Assembly (NCBI GenBank): GCA_963761335.1
Contig: CAVXGR010000018.1
Span: 256,001-320,000 of the forward strand
Direction of reading: 5' to 3'
DNA length: 64,000 bases
Origin: an uncultured delta proteobacterium
Lineage (GTDB): Bacteria; Desulfobacterota; Binatia; HRBIN30; BPIQ01
Shown: positions 21,684 through 31,909 of the stretch, one piece after another
Layout of the letters: every line of letters starts with the position of its first letter
How positions within the stretch are numbered: the first letter of the stretch is position 1
Notes under the pieces: model-generated
What the model was told of the DNA's origin: nothing
Databases searched by the model: none
Seen by the model: the letters and a program-made list of their open reading frames with translations, nothing else
Position numbers and translations under genes: made by a program

Positions 21684-22175
21684 CTACGGCGCGAAGCGCG
21701 CCTCGAGCACCCGCATGTAGGGTATGCAGTGGCGGCGCTGCTTGACGAAGTCGCGCGCCTGCAGCAGCGACATGTCGCGGTGCCGGTGCAGGTAGGCGAT
21801 GGCGACGGTGGGGGCGCGGTTCATGCCGGCATTGCAGTGCAGGTACACGCGTCTTCCCCGCAGCAGCAGCTGGTGCAGGCGCTCGACGATGTCGTGGATC
21901 GAGCCCGCCAGGGCGCGGTCGTCGCAGTCGGGGATCGGCATGCGGTGAAACTCCAGAGCGCATTCCCGATAGCTGTTCTCCAGCGCCGAGATCTCCAGCG
22001 CGTGCGTCGCCAGGTCCAGATCGTCCTGCAGCGACAGCACCGCCGTGACGCCGTGCGCGTCGCGCAGCCAGGGAATGTCGGTGACCCTGGGGTACTCGCC
22101 GACGAGGAGATCGGGGAGAATGCTCGACAGGTTGGGTCTGCTCGCGGCGCCCAGGTAGCGGTTCGCACCGGCCAT
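21684..22175 (-). CDS. Dual-specificity phosphatase (laforin-like catalytic domain)
   Basis: IPD general acid and VYLHCNAGMNRAPT (HCx5R); RBS GGAGG. Confidence 0.9.
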   Translation of the reverse strand: MAGANRYLGAASRPNLSSILPDLLVGEYPRVTDIPWLRDAHGVTAVLSLQDDLDLATHALEISALENSYRECALEFHRMPIPDCDDRALAGSIHDIVERLHQLLLRGRRVYLHCNAGMNRAPTVAIAYLHRHRDMSLLQARDFVKQRRHCIPYMRVLEARFAP

Positions 22176-22256
22176 TCCTCCTGAGTACCCGTGCCTGCGC
22201 GACCGGGCAAGCAGAAAAAAGCGAGGCGGCCGTGGAACCTCGATTCTCCACCCCTT

Positions 22257-22307
22257 GGTTCTCCGTTCTCATTCCCGGTTATCATCCCGTCGTTTTCCAT
22301 TTGCTCT
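22257..22307. repeat. Family C half-repeat
   Basis: GTTCTCCGTTCTCATTCCCGGTTATCATCCCGTCGTTTTCCAT. Confidence 0.75.
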
Positions 22308-22336
22308 GACAGGTGCGGGTACTGAGGCGGGCTCCC

Positions 22337-22979
22337 GCAAGACGATTCCGCCGGCCCGCGGGCCGAGTAGAAGCGGCGTCTCGCCGCTTCGGAAAGCGCC
22401 GAGACGGCACTTCTACCTGGGCAAGAGGATCCCGCCGGCCCGCGGGCGAGGTAGAAGCGGCGTCTCGCCGCTTCGGAAGGCGCCGGGACGGCGCTTCTAC
22501 CTGGGCAAGACGATTCCGCCGGCCCGCGGGCAAGGTAGAAGCGGCGTCTCGCCGCTTCGGAAGGCGCCGGGACGGCGCTTCTACCTGGGCAAGACGATTC
22601 CGCCGGCCCGCGGGCAAGGTAGAAGCGGCGTCTCGCCGCTTCGGAAAGCGCCGAGACGGCGCTTCTACCTGGGCAAGACGATCCCGCCGGCCCGCGGGCG
22701 AGGTAGAAGCGGCGTCTCGCCGCTTCGGAAAGCGCCGAGACGGCGCTTCTACCAGGCAAGACGATTCCGCCGGCCCGCGGGCGAGGTAGAAGCGGCGTCT
22801 CGCCGCTTCGGAAGGCGCCGAGACGGCGCTTCTACCAGGGGCACCCCGCGGGCGAGGTAGAAGCGGCGTCTCGCCGCTTCGGAAAAGCGCCGGGACGGCG
22901 CTTCTACCAGGGGCACCCCGCGGGCCGAGTAGAAGCGGCGTCTCGCCGCTTCGGAAAAGCGCCGGGACGGCACTTCTAC
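22337..22979. repeat. Tandem array of 8 GTAG-REP palindromes (BIME/REPIN-like)
   Basis: Core GTAGAAGCGGCGTCTCGCCGCTTCGGAARGCGCCGRGACGGCRCTTCTAC starts at 22367, 22451, 22535, 22619, 22703, 22786, 22857 and 22929; linkers nearly identical. Confidence 0.92.
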
Positions 22980-23090
22980 TTTGGTTTTGAGACAGACTCT
23001 TGAAACCCCCCGCTACTATCGGGGGTGCTCTTCATCGGATTCTCATCTCCCCGGCTTATGGCAAGCGCGGACTCAGATGAGGAGGTGTGT

Positions 23091-24164
23091 ATGTTCAAGC
23101 TGAAGACGACGGTATGCGGGGCTTGGCTCGTTCTCGGCGCCGCCTTTGCGCTGGCGGCGGCGGGCGACTCCGGCGGCGGGATGCAGGCCAAGCGCGAGGT
23201 GTTGAAGTCGGGGGACTGGTCGATGGTCCTGCCGCTCGGATTGCAGGCGGGCTCGGCGTACATCCCGGACGAGAACCCGATGAGTGACGCCAAGATCGAG
23301 CTCGGCAAGCTACTCTACTTCGACAAGCGCATGTCGAAGGACATGACGGTCGCCTGCGCCAGCTGCCACGCTCCCTTTCACGGCTTCGCCGATCCGCACC
23401 GCACGTCGTTGGGCGTCGGCCAGGGCGTCGGCAGTCGCAACAGCCCGACGGTGATCAATCGGCTGTTCTCCGCCGAGCAGTTCTGGGACGGCCGCGCCAA
23501 GGACCTGGAGGACCAGGCGCACGGCCCGCTGGTGAACCCCGTGGAGATGAAGATGGGGTCGCACACCGAGGTCGCCGGCCGCATCCGCGAGATCAAGGGG
23601 TACGCCCCCCTCTTCAAGAAGGCTTTCGGCGACGACAAGGTCGACATCGATCGCATCACCAAGGCGATCGCCGCCTATGAGCGCACCGTGGTCTCGGGCA
23701 ACAGCCCCTACGATCGCTACCAGGCGGGCGACAAGGACGCGATGAGCGCCTCGGCCGTGCGCGGCATGGAGATCTTCAACGGCAAGGGCAACTGCAAGGC
23801 CTGTCACGCCGGCTTCAACTTCACCGACGAGACCTACCAGAACATCGGCGTCGGCATGGACAAGCCGAACCCCGACCTCGGCCGCTACGACCAGACCAAG
23901 AACGACGCCGACCGCGGCAAGTTCAAGACGCCGACCCTGCGCAACATCGCCGAGACCGCACCCTATATGCACGACGGCAGCGACGAGACGCTGATGAAGG
24001 TGGTCGAGTTTTACGACCGCGGCGGCATCGGCAACCCCAACCTGTCGAAGGAGATCAAGCCGCTGAAGCTGAGCGAGCAGGAGAAGCTCGACCTGGTTGC
24101 CTTTCTCGAGACGCTGAGCGGAGAGGTGAACAACCTCACGCCGCCGGAGACGCTGCCGAAGTAG
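23091..24164 (+). CDS. Di-heme cytochrome c peroxidase / MauG family protein
   Basis: Signal peptide, LGKLLYFD, CASCH, RNSPT, QFWDGRA, CKACH, FKTPTLRNIAETAPYMHDG. Confidence 0.93.
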   Translation: MFKLKTTVCGAWLVLGAAFALAAAGDSGGGMQAKREVLKSGDWSMVLPLGLQAGSAYIPDENPMSDAKIELGKLLYFDKRMSKDMTVACASCHAPFHGFADPHRTSLGVGQGVGSRNSPTVINRLFSAEQFWDGRAKDLEDQAHGPLVNPVEMKMGSHTEVAGRIREIKGYAPLFKKAFGDDKVDIDRITKAIAAYERTVVSGNSPYDRYQAGDKDAMSASAVRGMEIFNGKGNCKACHAGFNFTDETYQNIGVGMDKPNPDLGRYDQTKNDADRGKFKTPTLRNIAETAPYMHDGSDETLMKVVEFYDRGGIGNPNLSKEIKPLKLSEQEKLDLVAFLETLSGEVNNLTPPETLPK

Positions 24165-24317
24165 AGGCAGTGAGTAGGAGGGGTGAAGCCGGCTTTGCCC
24201 AACGGGATGCCCGTTGGCTGCGGGCGGGTTGTTGGTTGCTACGTTGTTAGGTTGTCAGGTCAGTCGCACGTGCAACGACGCGCCATGACGGTCGCGCGTC
24301 GCAGTCAATTGCTTCGC

Positions 24318-26024
24318 CTAATGAATCGACACGACCTGCGGCATTAACGTCAGTGGGCCGGGGGTGTGGAAAGGCGTCAGCGCCAGGGCGGCGCGCAGCT
24401 CGTCGCGCCACGGCATGTCGAGCTGCTCGGCGCGGCTGGAGAGCGCCTCGGCGAGGCGCTCGGCGATCGACTTGTGCCGCGGGTAGAAGCTGAGCTCCAC
24501 GGGCTCGTCCACCTTCAGGCCGCTAGCGACCTTGGCGGCGCGGATGGCGTCGATGAAGCCGCCGATCTGGTCGACCAGGCCGTTGGCGGCGGCCTGCTCT
24601 CCCGTCCACACCCGGCCCCGGCCGATCTCGTTGACGCGCGCGGGGGTGAGCTTGCGGCCTGCGGCGACGCGGTCGACGAACACCTGATAGATGTGCTCGA
24701 TCTCGGCGAGCATTTTCTGCCGCACGGTGTCGTCGAACGGCGTGGTCAGGTCGTTCAGGCGAGCGTACTTGCCGCGCGACAGCGTCTCCGTGGTGATTCC
24801 CAGGCGCTCGAGCAGGCCGCTGACCGTCGGCCGCGCAAAGACGACGCCGATCGAGCCGGTGAGCGTCGTCGGCTGCGCCAGGATGCGGCTGGCGCCGGCG
24901 GTGACGTAGTAGCCGCCCGACCCGGCGACGTCGGACATGGAGACGATCACCGGCTTCTTCTCCTTGGCCTTCTCGATCGCCTTCCAGATCAGGTCGGAGG
25001 CGAGGGCCGAGCCGCCGGGGCTGTCGACGCGGAAGACGATCGCCTTGGCGTCGCTGTCAGCGGCGTCCTTGAAGGCGTCGATCACCGTCTGGGCGCCGAG
25101 CAGCGGCCCCTGCAGGAGGGCGTTGCCGCTCTCGCCGCTGACGATGGCGCCTACGCCGTAGACGACGGCGATGGCGCTCTTCGGCGTCAGACCGACGGCG
25201 CTCAGGTCGACTCCGGTGTAGTCGTCGAGCTTGATCACCGGGGCGTCCTTGGTGTCCTCATGGCGTACGTCGGCGAGGTACTTGACGCCGTCCGTGAGCC
25301 CTTCCTGCTGCAGGCGGGGCGCGGTCGACGGCCCGTCGTCGATGATGGCGCGCACGCGCAGGGGGTCGAGATGGCGCGCCTCGGCGATGGCGGAGACGAA
25401 ATGGCCGTCGATGCTGTCGAGGATCGAGTTCGCCATCTCGCGGTGGTAGGGCGACATCTTCTTGTTCACCAGCATGTCGCCGAAGGTCTTGTACTCGCGG
25501 ATCTTGAGCACGTTCATCTGCACGTCGATCTTCTCCCACACGCCGCCGAGGAAGAAGTACTGGGCGGCGAGGCCGACGAGTGGCGCCGTGCTGGCGGGGG
25601 AGACGTAGACGCGGTTGGCGATCGAGGCGACGAAGTACTCCTTGTTGGCGCTCGCCGCCTCCTCCTCGAGGACGGCGAGCACCGGCTTGCCGCTCTCGGT
25701 CTCGAACTCCGCCAGAGCGTTGCGGATGTCGTCGCTCTTCGCCCAGCCGACGTCGAGGCTGCCGACCTGCAGGAGAATGCCGGCGACGCGCTCGTCGACG
25801 GCGGCGATCTGGATGGCGCGCAGCAGGTCGATCATCGTCCGCGGTGGCGTGCGCACCAGCTTGCCGAGCAGATCGGATGGAGGCTCCTCGACGTATGACC
25901 CGTCGAGTGGGATCAACAGGTACGATCCCTTCTTGACCTGCACTCCGGCGCTCTCGACGCGCCAGATGACCAGCGCGGCGATGGCGAGAACGAGTAGGAG
26001 GATCCAGCGGCGCTTCTTCCACAT
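24318..26024 (-). CDS. sppA: Signal peptide peptidase SppA (protease IV, two-domain form)
   Basis: [41 protein letters not shown]. Confidence 0.92.
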   Translation of the reverse strand: MWKKRRWILLLVLAIAALVIWRVESAGVQVKKGSYLLIPLDGSYVEEPPSDLLGKLVRTPPRTMIDLLRAIQIAAVDERVAGILLQVGSLDVGWAKSDDIRNALAEFETESGKPVLAVLEEEAASANKEYFVASIANRVYVSPASTAPLVGLAAQYFFLGGVWEKIDVQMNVLKIREYKTFGDMLVNKKMSPYHREMANSILDSIDGHFVSAIAEARHLDPLRVRAIIDDGPSTAPRLQQEGLTDGVKYLADVRHEDTKDAPVIKLDDYTGVDLSAVGLTPKSAIAVVYGVGAIVSGESGNALLQGPLLGAQTVIDAFKDAADSDAKAIVFRVDSPGGSALASDLIWKAIEKAKEKKPVIVSMSDVAGSGGYYVTAGASRILAQPTTLTGSIGVVFARPTVSGLLERLGITTETLSRGKYARLNDLTTPFDDTVRQKMLAEIEHIYQVFVDRVAAGRKLTPARVNEIGRGRVWTGEQAAANGLVDQIGGFIDAIRAAKVASGLKVDEPVELSFYPRHKSIAERLAEALSSRAEQLDMPWRDELRAALALTPFHTPGPLTLMPQVVSIH

Positions 26025-26029
26025 CTGCG

Positions 26030-27787
26030 TCAGCTCTCCTGCGGATGACCGCGGTGAAAGGCATGGATGATGGGGAGATTGGCGGCGCCCCAGACGCCGC
26101 GATGGCGCCGGTCCACCGACTCGAGGCGATGCAGGGCGCGGTCGTACAGCGCCAATGCCTGCGGCTCGGCGCCCCGCAGGCTCTGTCCCACTCCCTCGAG
26201 CACGTCGCGAGTGTACTGGAGCAGCGCTGTCTGGGCCAGATCGTCGCTGTCGCCGAGGCGCTCGATCCAGCCGTCGATGCCGGCGACGGCCGCGCCCACG
26301 GCGGGGAGCAGATCGGCGGCGCGCTGCCGCGGCGGGCGGAGGACGTCTCCGTAGCGGACCACGCCGCGCATGAGTCGCTCGACGTCCTGCCACATGGCGC
26401 GCGCCGCCTGCGGATCTCTGCCGCGGCGCGCGTAGGCGACGGCGTCATCCTCGTCCGAGCAGCTGCCGCGACTGTGGGCGGCGAAGGCGAGGAAGTTGAC
26501 GCCGTGCGCCCACAGCGAATGCGCCCCGAACTGGAGGAAGGTGATCTCACTGCCGCCGGCGCGGCGATAGTACTCGAGGTCGGCGGCGATCAGCTCGGCG
26601 AGCGGCACGGCGCAGCCGCAGAAGAGAATCGAATCGCCGTAGTACTCGAAGACGCGGACGCGGCCGTCGAAGAGCTCGACATAGCGCTCGAAGGCGGTGC
26701 GATAGCTGCGATTGGTGTGGCACGAGGAATCGGCGAGGGCGTGGCCGTAACAGCGCTCGCGCGGCGCGAACTCAACCCACACGCCGGGCCGGGGACGCTC
26801 CCGGAGAGCCGCCTCGACGGTATCGTGGTAGGCGAGATAGCAGACGGGGATTTGCATTCCCGCATCCGCCAGCGCATCGGCGACGGCATTGCAGACGCGC
26901 AGGCTCTGGTCCTGCACCGAGAGCGGCCGACAGGTGCGGCAATGGCACCAGCCACCGTGCCAGAGATCGGCGCCCCAGATGTGCAGGGCGCCCATGTCCG
27001 GATGCGCCGCGGCGTAGGCCACGGCGTTGCTCGCGATGACCTGGAGAGCGCCGTCGCTGCTGGCGCAGGCGTTGCCGAGATCGTGCCGCTTGCCGTCGCG
27101 GTCCTCGGGGAAGTACTCGGGGTGCGCGGCGAAGAGCTGGCGCGGCAGCAGCAGCGGAATCACGTGGCCGCCGTACTCGGCGCGGATGGCACGGCGGCGC
27201 ATCTCGGGGAGCATCTCGGGAATCGAGAGCTGCGTGTCGAAGGGGTGGCGGATGAAGAAGAAGGCGTTGGCTCCGGTCTTGCCCATCCAGTCGACGAAGG
27301 CGAGGTCGCGCGGCAACCGCTCGCCGAGCAGCTGCGCCTCGCCATAGTGCCAGGTGTGCAGGTCCGAGGAGTAGCCGCGCACCCGGTATACGGGTCGCTC
27401 GCGCACCGCGGCGATCTCCACGCCGCCGTCGGCAAGCGCCGGCACGACCTCGGCGCCGGCGCCGTGGAAGGACCAGCGACAGCCGAGGCCCTCGAGCAGG
27501 CGGTAGACGCCGTGGAGCATGCCCGCCGCATCGGCGCCGGCAATGGTGATTCCCGAGTCGTCGCCGGCGATGGCGAAAGCCCCGGAAGCCGCCGGCGGAT
27601 CGATCGCCAGCGGCCGCCCGAGAGCGAGGACGTTGGGCGGCGCGGTCGCGGCCGCCGGCGGGCAGGGGATGCCGCCGGCGGCGCGCAGGTAGCGTGCCAG
27701 CTCGGCGGCAGCGAAATCCGCCACCGCCTCGCCCGGTGCCGGCGCCGCCAGCGGAAGCTGCTGCAGCTGGCGCCGGGCGAGCCGCAT
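26030..27787 (-). CDS. DUF4838-like protein (glycoside-hydrolase-like fold)
   Basis: AAAELARYL, GH20/GH67-like N-domain, HPEYF, WCHCRTC, YLAY; TGATG coupling to the upstream gene. Confidence 0.65.
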   Translation of the reverse strand: MRLARRQLQQLPLAAPAPGEAVADFAAAELARYLRAAGGIPCPPAAATAPPNVLALGRPLAIDPPAASGAFAIAGDDSGITIAGADAAGMLHGVYRLLEGLGCRWSFHGAGAEVVPALADGGVEIAAVRERPVYRVRGYSSDLHTWHYGEAQLLGERLPRDLAFVDWMGKTGANAFFFIRHPFDTQLSIPEMLPEMRRRAIRAEYGGHVIPLLLPRQLFAAHPEYFPEDRDGKRHDLGNACASSDGALQVIASNAVAYAAAHPDMGALHIWGADLWHGGWCHCRTCRPLSVQDQSLRVCNAVADALADAGMQIPVCYLAYHDTVEAALRERPRPGVWVEFAPRERCYGHALADSSCHTNRSYRTAFERYVELFDGRVRVFEYYGDSILFCGCAVPLAELIAADLEYYRRAGGSEITFLQFGAHSLWAHGVNFLAFAAHSRGSCSDEDDAVAYARRGRDPQAARAMWQDVERLMRGVVRYGDVLRPPRQRAADLLPAVGAAVAGIDGWIERLGDSDDLAQTALLQYTRDVLEGVGQSLRGAEPQALALYDRALHRLESVDRRHRGVWGAANLPIIHAFHRGHPQES

Positions 27788-28773
27788 CACGAGCCGGCCG
27801 CCAGGGGCGAGGTCGCGCCGCTGTCGCGGTGCTGCCGGGCCCGCTCGGCCCACACCCGCTTGGCGTCCCGATAGCCGGCGGCGATCAGACGCTGGTTCTT
27901 CGAGGGATAGGCGTTGAAGACGTCGAGCGCGCTGAAGCCGCTGAACTCTTCCCCGGGCTCGACGATGGTGACCGGCACGCCGTGAAAGCGGCCGTGCTCC
28001 ATGCGCGCATAGATGTAGCCCATGTTGCCGACCGTGCGCCACATGACGTCGATGAAGCGCGAGGCGAGCCCGACCAGGGAGCGGAAGCGCCCCTTGAAGG
28101 GGAGCTGCGTGGGAATGGGAGCGAGGATGTAGATCTCGGTGGCGCCGATCTCGATGGCGTACTCGAGCGGGATGTTCCAGGCGAAGCCGCCGTCGACGAA
28201 GTACTCGTCGCGGTAGCGGATCGGTGGGAAGAGCAGGGGAATGGCGTAGCCGGCGCGCATCATGATGCGCAGCTCCTGCCAGTCGGCGAGATCCTTCTTG
28301 TTGTATACCTCGCCCAGACCACGCGACAGGTTGAGGACGATGAAGGCCAGCTCGAGCGGTGCCTCGAAGATGCTGGGGAAGTCGACGAACCTCTCCAGGG
28401 CCCGGGTCAGACGGTTCATGGAGAAGAACGACAGGCCGACCAGCGGGTTGTGGGTCAGGCTGGGCGAGATCAGATAGGGCAGGGAGCGGAAGCTCTTCCA
28501 GGCCTCTTCGAGCCGCGGCAGGCCGCCGCTGGCGTACACACAGGCGTTGATCACGCCGATCGAGCTGCCGATGATGGCGTCGGGCTGAATGCCCTGCTCC
28601 TGCAGGAAGCGCATCGCCCCGACCTGGTGCGCCCCCAACGCCGCGCCGCCGCCGAGGATGAAGATCCGCTTCTGGGGCGATGGCTTGCTCGCCGGCTTGC
28701 GCTTGGCCCTGGCGTCGACCGGCGCGCCGCCGTCTGTCTGCTCCGCTCTTCGCCGGCGACGGGGTTTGTCCAT
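27787..28773 (-). CDS. Patatin-like phospholipase
   Basis: GGGAALG, GSSIG, DGG motifs. Confidence 0.9.
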   Translation of the reverse strand: MDKPRRRRRAEQTDGGAPVDARAKRKPASKPSPQKRIFILGGGAALGAHQVGAMRFLQEQGIQPDAIIGSSIGVINACVYASGGLPRLEEAWKSFRSLPYLISPSLTHNPLVGLSFFSMNRLTRALERFVDFPSIFEAPLELAFIVLNLSRGLGEVYNKKDLADWQELRIMMRAGYAIPLLFPPIRYRDEYFVDGGFAWNIPLEYAIEIGATEIYILAPIPTQLPFKGRFRSLVGLASRFIDVMWRTVGNMGYIYARMEHGRFHGVPVTIVEPGEEFSGFSALDVFNAYPSKNQRLIAAGYRDAKRVWAERARQHRDSGATSPLAAGS

Positions 28774-28775
28774 CC

Positions 28776-29786
28776 TCACTCCCGCAACAGCACGTCGGTT
28801 CCGAGACGCACCGTCTGCAACAGCTTCCTCAGGCGATTGCTGCGACCGACCTGGCGGCGCAGGCGCACGATCAGCATGCGTTCCAGGCGATAGCGGTCGA
28901 GCTTCTTCGGCTTCGGCTTGGCGCCCGTAGAGCCGGCGCGCTCGACCGGATCCCACAGCGACTCGAGCGGGTGACCCCAGAGCGCCAGATCGGCGGGATC
29001 CAGGTGGGCGATCATCTCCTGGCAGAGCCGCAGCCGCGCCGGCTCGCTGGCCACCTCGACGGCCCACTTGTCGATCGACTCCGTGGTCGGGCGCGAGTGC
29101 TTGGCGACGCCGATCGGGTCTCCCAGCCCTTTCTCCACCGGTTGCTGTCGCCCGTACTCGACGGCGGCGGGCTCGTCGGGCACGCCCAGGAAGGCGAAGA
29201 TCTCCGCCAGATGGCGCTGCGGATCGCGAACCAGGTCCTCGTAGACGACGTGGTGGATCGGTGCCTTGCGCTCCCGCAGGAACTTGGCGATCGCCGGCAC
29301 ATAGCGCTCCAGGATCGGGTTGTAGTCGTGCGCCGCCTGGTAGTCGCTGTTGAAGAAGGACTCGGCGTAGGAGCTGAAGACGGCGAGCGGATGGCGGGTG
29401 AGCACGACGTAATGGGCGGCGGGGTAGATGCGCGCGATGAAGTCGAGCACCAGCGCGTAAGCCGGAGTCTTGTCGAGAAAGAGGGTCTTCCCCGGCTTGG
29501 TCTCGAGCATGCGGAGATAGAGGGTGTCGGCGTAGGCGCGGCAGGCGTCGACATAGTCCTGCTCACCGCGGGGCAGGTCGGCGACGAACTCGCGTGTCGA
29601 CTCGGCGGCGAGGACGGCGTCGTAGGGCGCCTTGTCGACCTTGGCGTAGTAGCCGAGGTGCGCCAGCGGCGTCAGCAGATGCGGCTCCGGCCTTCCGTAG
29701 ATGAGCGAGTGCGCGCCGATCATCCTGGCGAGCAAGGTCGAGCCCGAGCGCGGCGAGCCGATGACGAAGATAACCTTGTCTTCCAC
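28776..29786 (-). CDS. Sulfotransferase family protein
   Basis: FVIGSPRSGSTLL (PAPS binding), DKTP, RHP...SS, YEDLVRDP. Confidence 0.92.
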   Translation of the reverse strand: MEDKVIFVIGSPRSGSTLLARMIGAHSLIYGRPEPHLLTPLAHLGYYAKVDKAPYDAVLAAESTREFVADLPRGEQDYVDACRAYADTLYLRMLETKPGKTLFLDKTPAYALVLDFIARIYPAAHYVVLTRHPLAVFSSYAESFFNSDYQAAHDYNPILERYVPAIAKFLRERKAPIHHVVYEDLVRDPQRHLAEIFAFLGVPDEPAAVEYGRQQPVEKGLGDPIGVAKHSRPTTESIDKWAVEVASEPARLRLCQEMIAHLDPADLALWGHPLESLWDPVERAGSTGAKPKPKKLDRYRLERMLIVRLRRQVGRSNRLRKLLQTVRLGTDVLLRE

Positions 29787-29833
29787 CGCCTGCAGTTATG
29801 GCAGAAGGAGCCGGCAGGGCCAAGGTCGGGCGG

Positions 29834-30826
29834 TTAGAAGAAAAGCGAGCGCCGCTCGCGGAGGCCGCGGTCGAGCATCGACTGAATGGCGTCCCTGACC
29901 TTGTCCACCTGGCGCTCGATGACCTCGTCCTCGTCATGGGCGTTGCCGGAGAAGCGCATGGGCTTGCCGAAGTAGATGCGGTACTTCACCGGAAAGGGGA
30001 TGAGGCCGAGGGGGCCGAGCCACGGCCAGGTGAGCGTCACCGGGAACGCCGGCGTGCCGAGGAGATGCGCGATTGGCATGACGTTGGCGATTCCGGGCGC
30101 CTGCTCCTCGGAGCCGACCACGGCGACGGGAACGATGGGGGTGTTGGTCTCGATCGCCAGCCGCATGAAGCCGAGGCCGAACTCCTGGAGCTGATAAGCC
30201 TGGCTGTAGAGCTTGTTCATGCCGCGCACGCCCTCGGGGAAGGCGATCACCGCCTCCTCGTTCTGCAGCAGCTCGATGCAGTTCTTGGGTGTGCCGACCA
30301 CCGAGCCGGAGCGCAACATGGCGACGTTCACCCAGGGCACCGTCGGCAGCCAGTACTCGCCCATGCCGCGCAGGACGCGGGGCGGCGTTCCCTCGAGGAA
30401 GGCGGCGGCGCCGATCATGGTGGCGTCGATGGCGATCTGCCCGGCGTGGTTGCCGATGACCATGACGCGGCCGGCGGGAATGTTCTCGACCCCGTGCGTC
30501 TCGACGCGGAAGTAATAGCGGTAGAAGAGGGTGCTGATCAGCAGGGCGAGGCTGGCGCTGTCGGGGTTGAAGCCCCACGGGTCGAAGCCGTAGCTGTTCA
30601 GCTGGGTGGGGATCTTGCGCATCTTGACGCCGATCTCGTCCTGGATCGCCTCGATCACCCGCGGATTCACGAGGCGCAGCAGCTGGCGCCCGAAGTCGAG
30701 CAGCTCGTCGATGGGATCGGGGCCGGGCTTGGCCTCCGCGGCCCGCGACGGCGGCACCAGCCGCACTTTTGCCGCCCGCCCGGCCACGCGCCGGCGTGTT
30801 TCGACCTCTTTCACTTTGACTGCCAT
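29834..30826 (-). CDS. Lysophospholipid/glycerol acyltransferase
   Basis: NHAGQIAID (HX4-5D), FPEG, PIVPVAVVG. Confidence 0.9.
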   Translation of the reverse strand: MAVKVKEVETRRRVAGRAAKVRLVPPSRAAEAKPGPDPIDELLDFGRQLLRLVNPRVIEAIQDEIGVKMRKIPTQLNSYGFDPWGFNPDSASLALLISTLFYRYYFRVETHGVENIPAGRVMVIGNHAGQIAIDATMIGAAAFLEGTPPRVLRGMGEYWLPTVPWVNVAMLRSGSVVGTPKNCIELLQNEEAVIAFPEGVRGMNKLYSQAYQLQEFGLGFMRLAIETNTPIVPVAVVGSEEQAPGIANVMPIAHLLGTPAFPVTLTWPWLGPLGLIPFPVKYRIYFGKPMRFSGNAHDEDEVIERQVDKVRDAIQSMLDRGLRERRSLFF

Positions 30827-30842
30827 TGTCTCCTCCGGAGGC

Positions 30843-30904
30843 AGGTTGTTAGGTTGTTGGGTTCTGATCAACTAACAACCTAACAACCCAACAACCTAAC
30901 AACC
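30843..30904. repeat. Inverted array of AGGTTGTT/AACAACCT 8-mers (family D)
   Basis: AGGTTGTTAGGTTGTTGGGTT-CTGATC-AACTAACAACCTAACAACCCAACAACCTAACAACCT; also at 54723-54806 and about 24228-24260. Confidence 0.8.
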
Positions 30905-30912
30905 TGCCTTTC

Positions 30913-31830
30913 TCAGTGCGCCACGCTGGCGAAGATCTCCTCCAGGCTGAACAGCGGCTCGAAGCCGACGGCTTGGCGAAAGCGGGTGCCGTCGATGGTG
31001 CAGGGGAACTTGGCGAAATCGATGGCGCCCGGCGGAAACGGAGAAATGCCGAGCTGGAAGAGTCGGGCGATGGTGGTGCGCGCCAGAAACTCCGGCAGCG
31101 GCACGGCGGTGCTGCCGATCTCGCGGATGGCGACGTGCAGAGGCACGGCCTCGGGGCCGACGACGTTGAAGACGCCGCGGGTGCGCTTCTCGGCGGCGCG
31201 CACGATGGCCTCGGTGACGTCGTCCTCGTGGATGAACTGCAGCATCGGGTCGAAGCCCATGATCGTCGGCACGTAGTCGAGCTTCAGATAGCGGCCGATG
31301 GTGCTGTGCACGTAATAGCCGAGAGTGTTCACGGGGCGCAGGATGCTGGTGGCGATGTGCGGGTACTTCCAGAGAAACATGTTCGCCAGGGTATCGACCT
31401 CGGCGAGATCGCGGATGTCGGGGTAGGTGCGGCTGACGTTCAGGGGCGCGTCCTCGTCGAGGTAGTACGAGTTCTCCGGCAGCGCCCCGTACACGTACGA
31501 GCTCGAGACGATCACCACCTGCTCGACGCCGTACTCGGCGGCGTACTCGAGCAGCCTCTTGGTGCCCATGACGTTGACCTCGTGCCGCACTTCCGGCTCG
31601 GTGCGGAAGTGACGAACGAAGCCGAGATGGATGATGGTGTCGGGCCGCTCGCGGCGGATGAGGTCCTCGAACTTCTTCTTGCGCAGGTCGATGCGGTGGA
31701 CGTCGATCTCGCGCGGGTGGCCGTCCCAGGGCTCGCGGTCGACGCCGATCACACGGGTCTCGGCGAGGAGCCGCTTTGCCACCAGCCGCCCCTGTCCGCC
31801 CGCGATGCCGGTGATCAGGACACGTTCCAT
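30913..31830 (-). CDS. NAD-dependent epimerase/dehydratase family protein
   Basis: VLITGIAGGQG, NVMGT, SSSYVYGA, QFIHEDD. Confidence 0.88.
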   Translation of the reverse strand: MERVLITGIAGGQGRLVAKRLLAETRVIGVDREPWDGHPREIDVHRIDLRKKKFEDLIRRERPDTIIHLGFVRHFRTEPEVRHEVNVMGTKRLLEYAAEYGVEQVVIVSSSYVYGALPENSYYLDEDAPLNVSRTYPDIRDLAEVDTLANMFLWKYPHIATSILRPVNTLGYYVHSTIGRYLKLDYVPTIMGFDPMLQFIHEDDVTEAIVRAAEKRTRGVFNVVGPEAVPLHVAIREIGSTAVPLPEFLARTTIARLFQLGISPFPPGAIDFAKFPCTIDGTRFRQAVGFEPLFSLEEIFASVAH

Positions 31831-31909
31831 GGTGAGAGCCGACTCTAGCGCATTCCGCCGGCGCTGCGAAGCCTGAAAGGCTTCGCGCGCTGTAACCCGG
31901 TAGCTGCCT

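Noticed and set aside
21821..22973. Repeat-protein ORFs (21821-22759, 22255-22860, 22313-22789)
   Set aside because: By-product of the 84-bp period; open in several frames on both strands, with no RBS or domain.
22337..22979. CRISPR array
   Set aside because: The 'spacers' are near-identical to one another, the ~50-bp repeat also occurs solo at 51083, and there are no cas genes or AT-rich leader.
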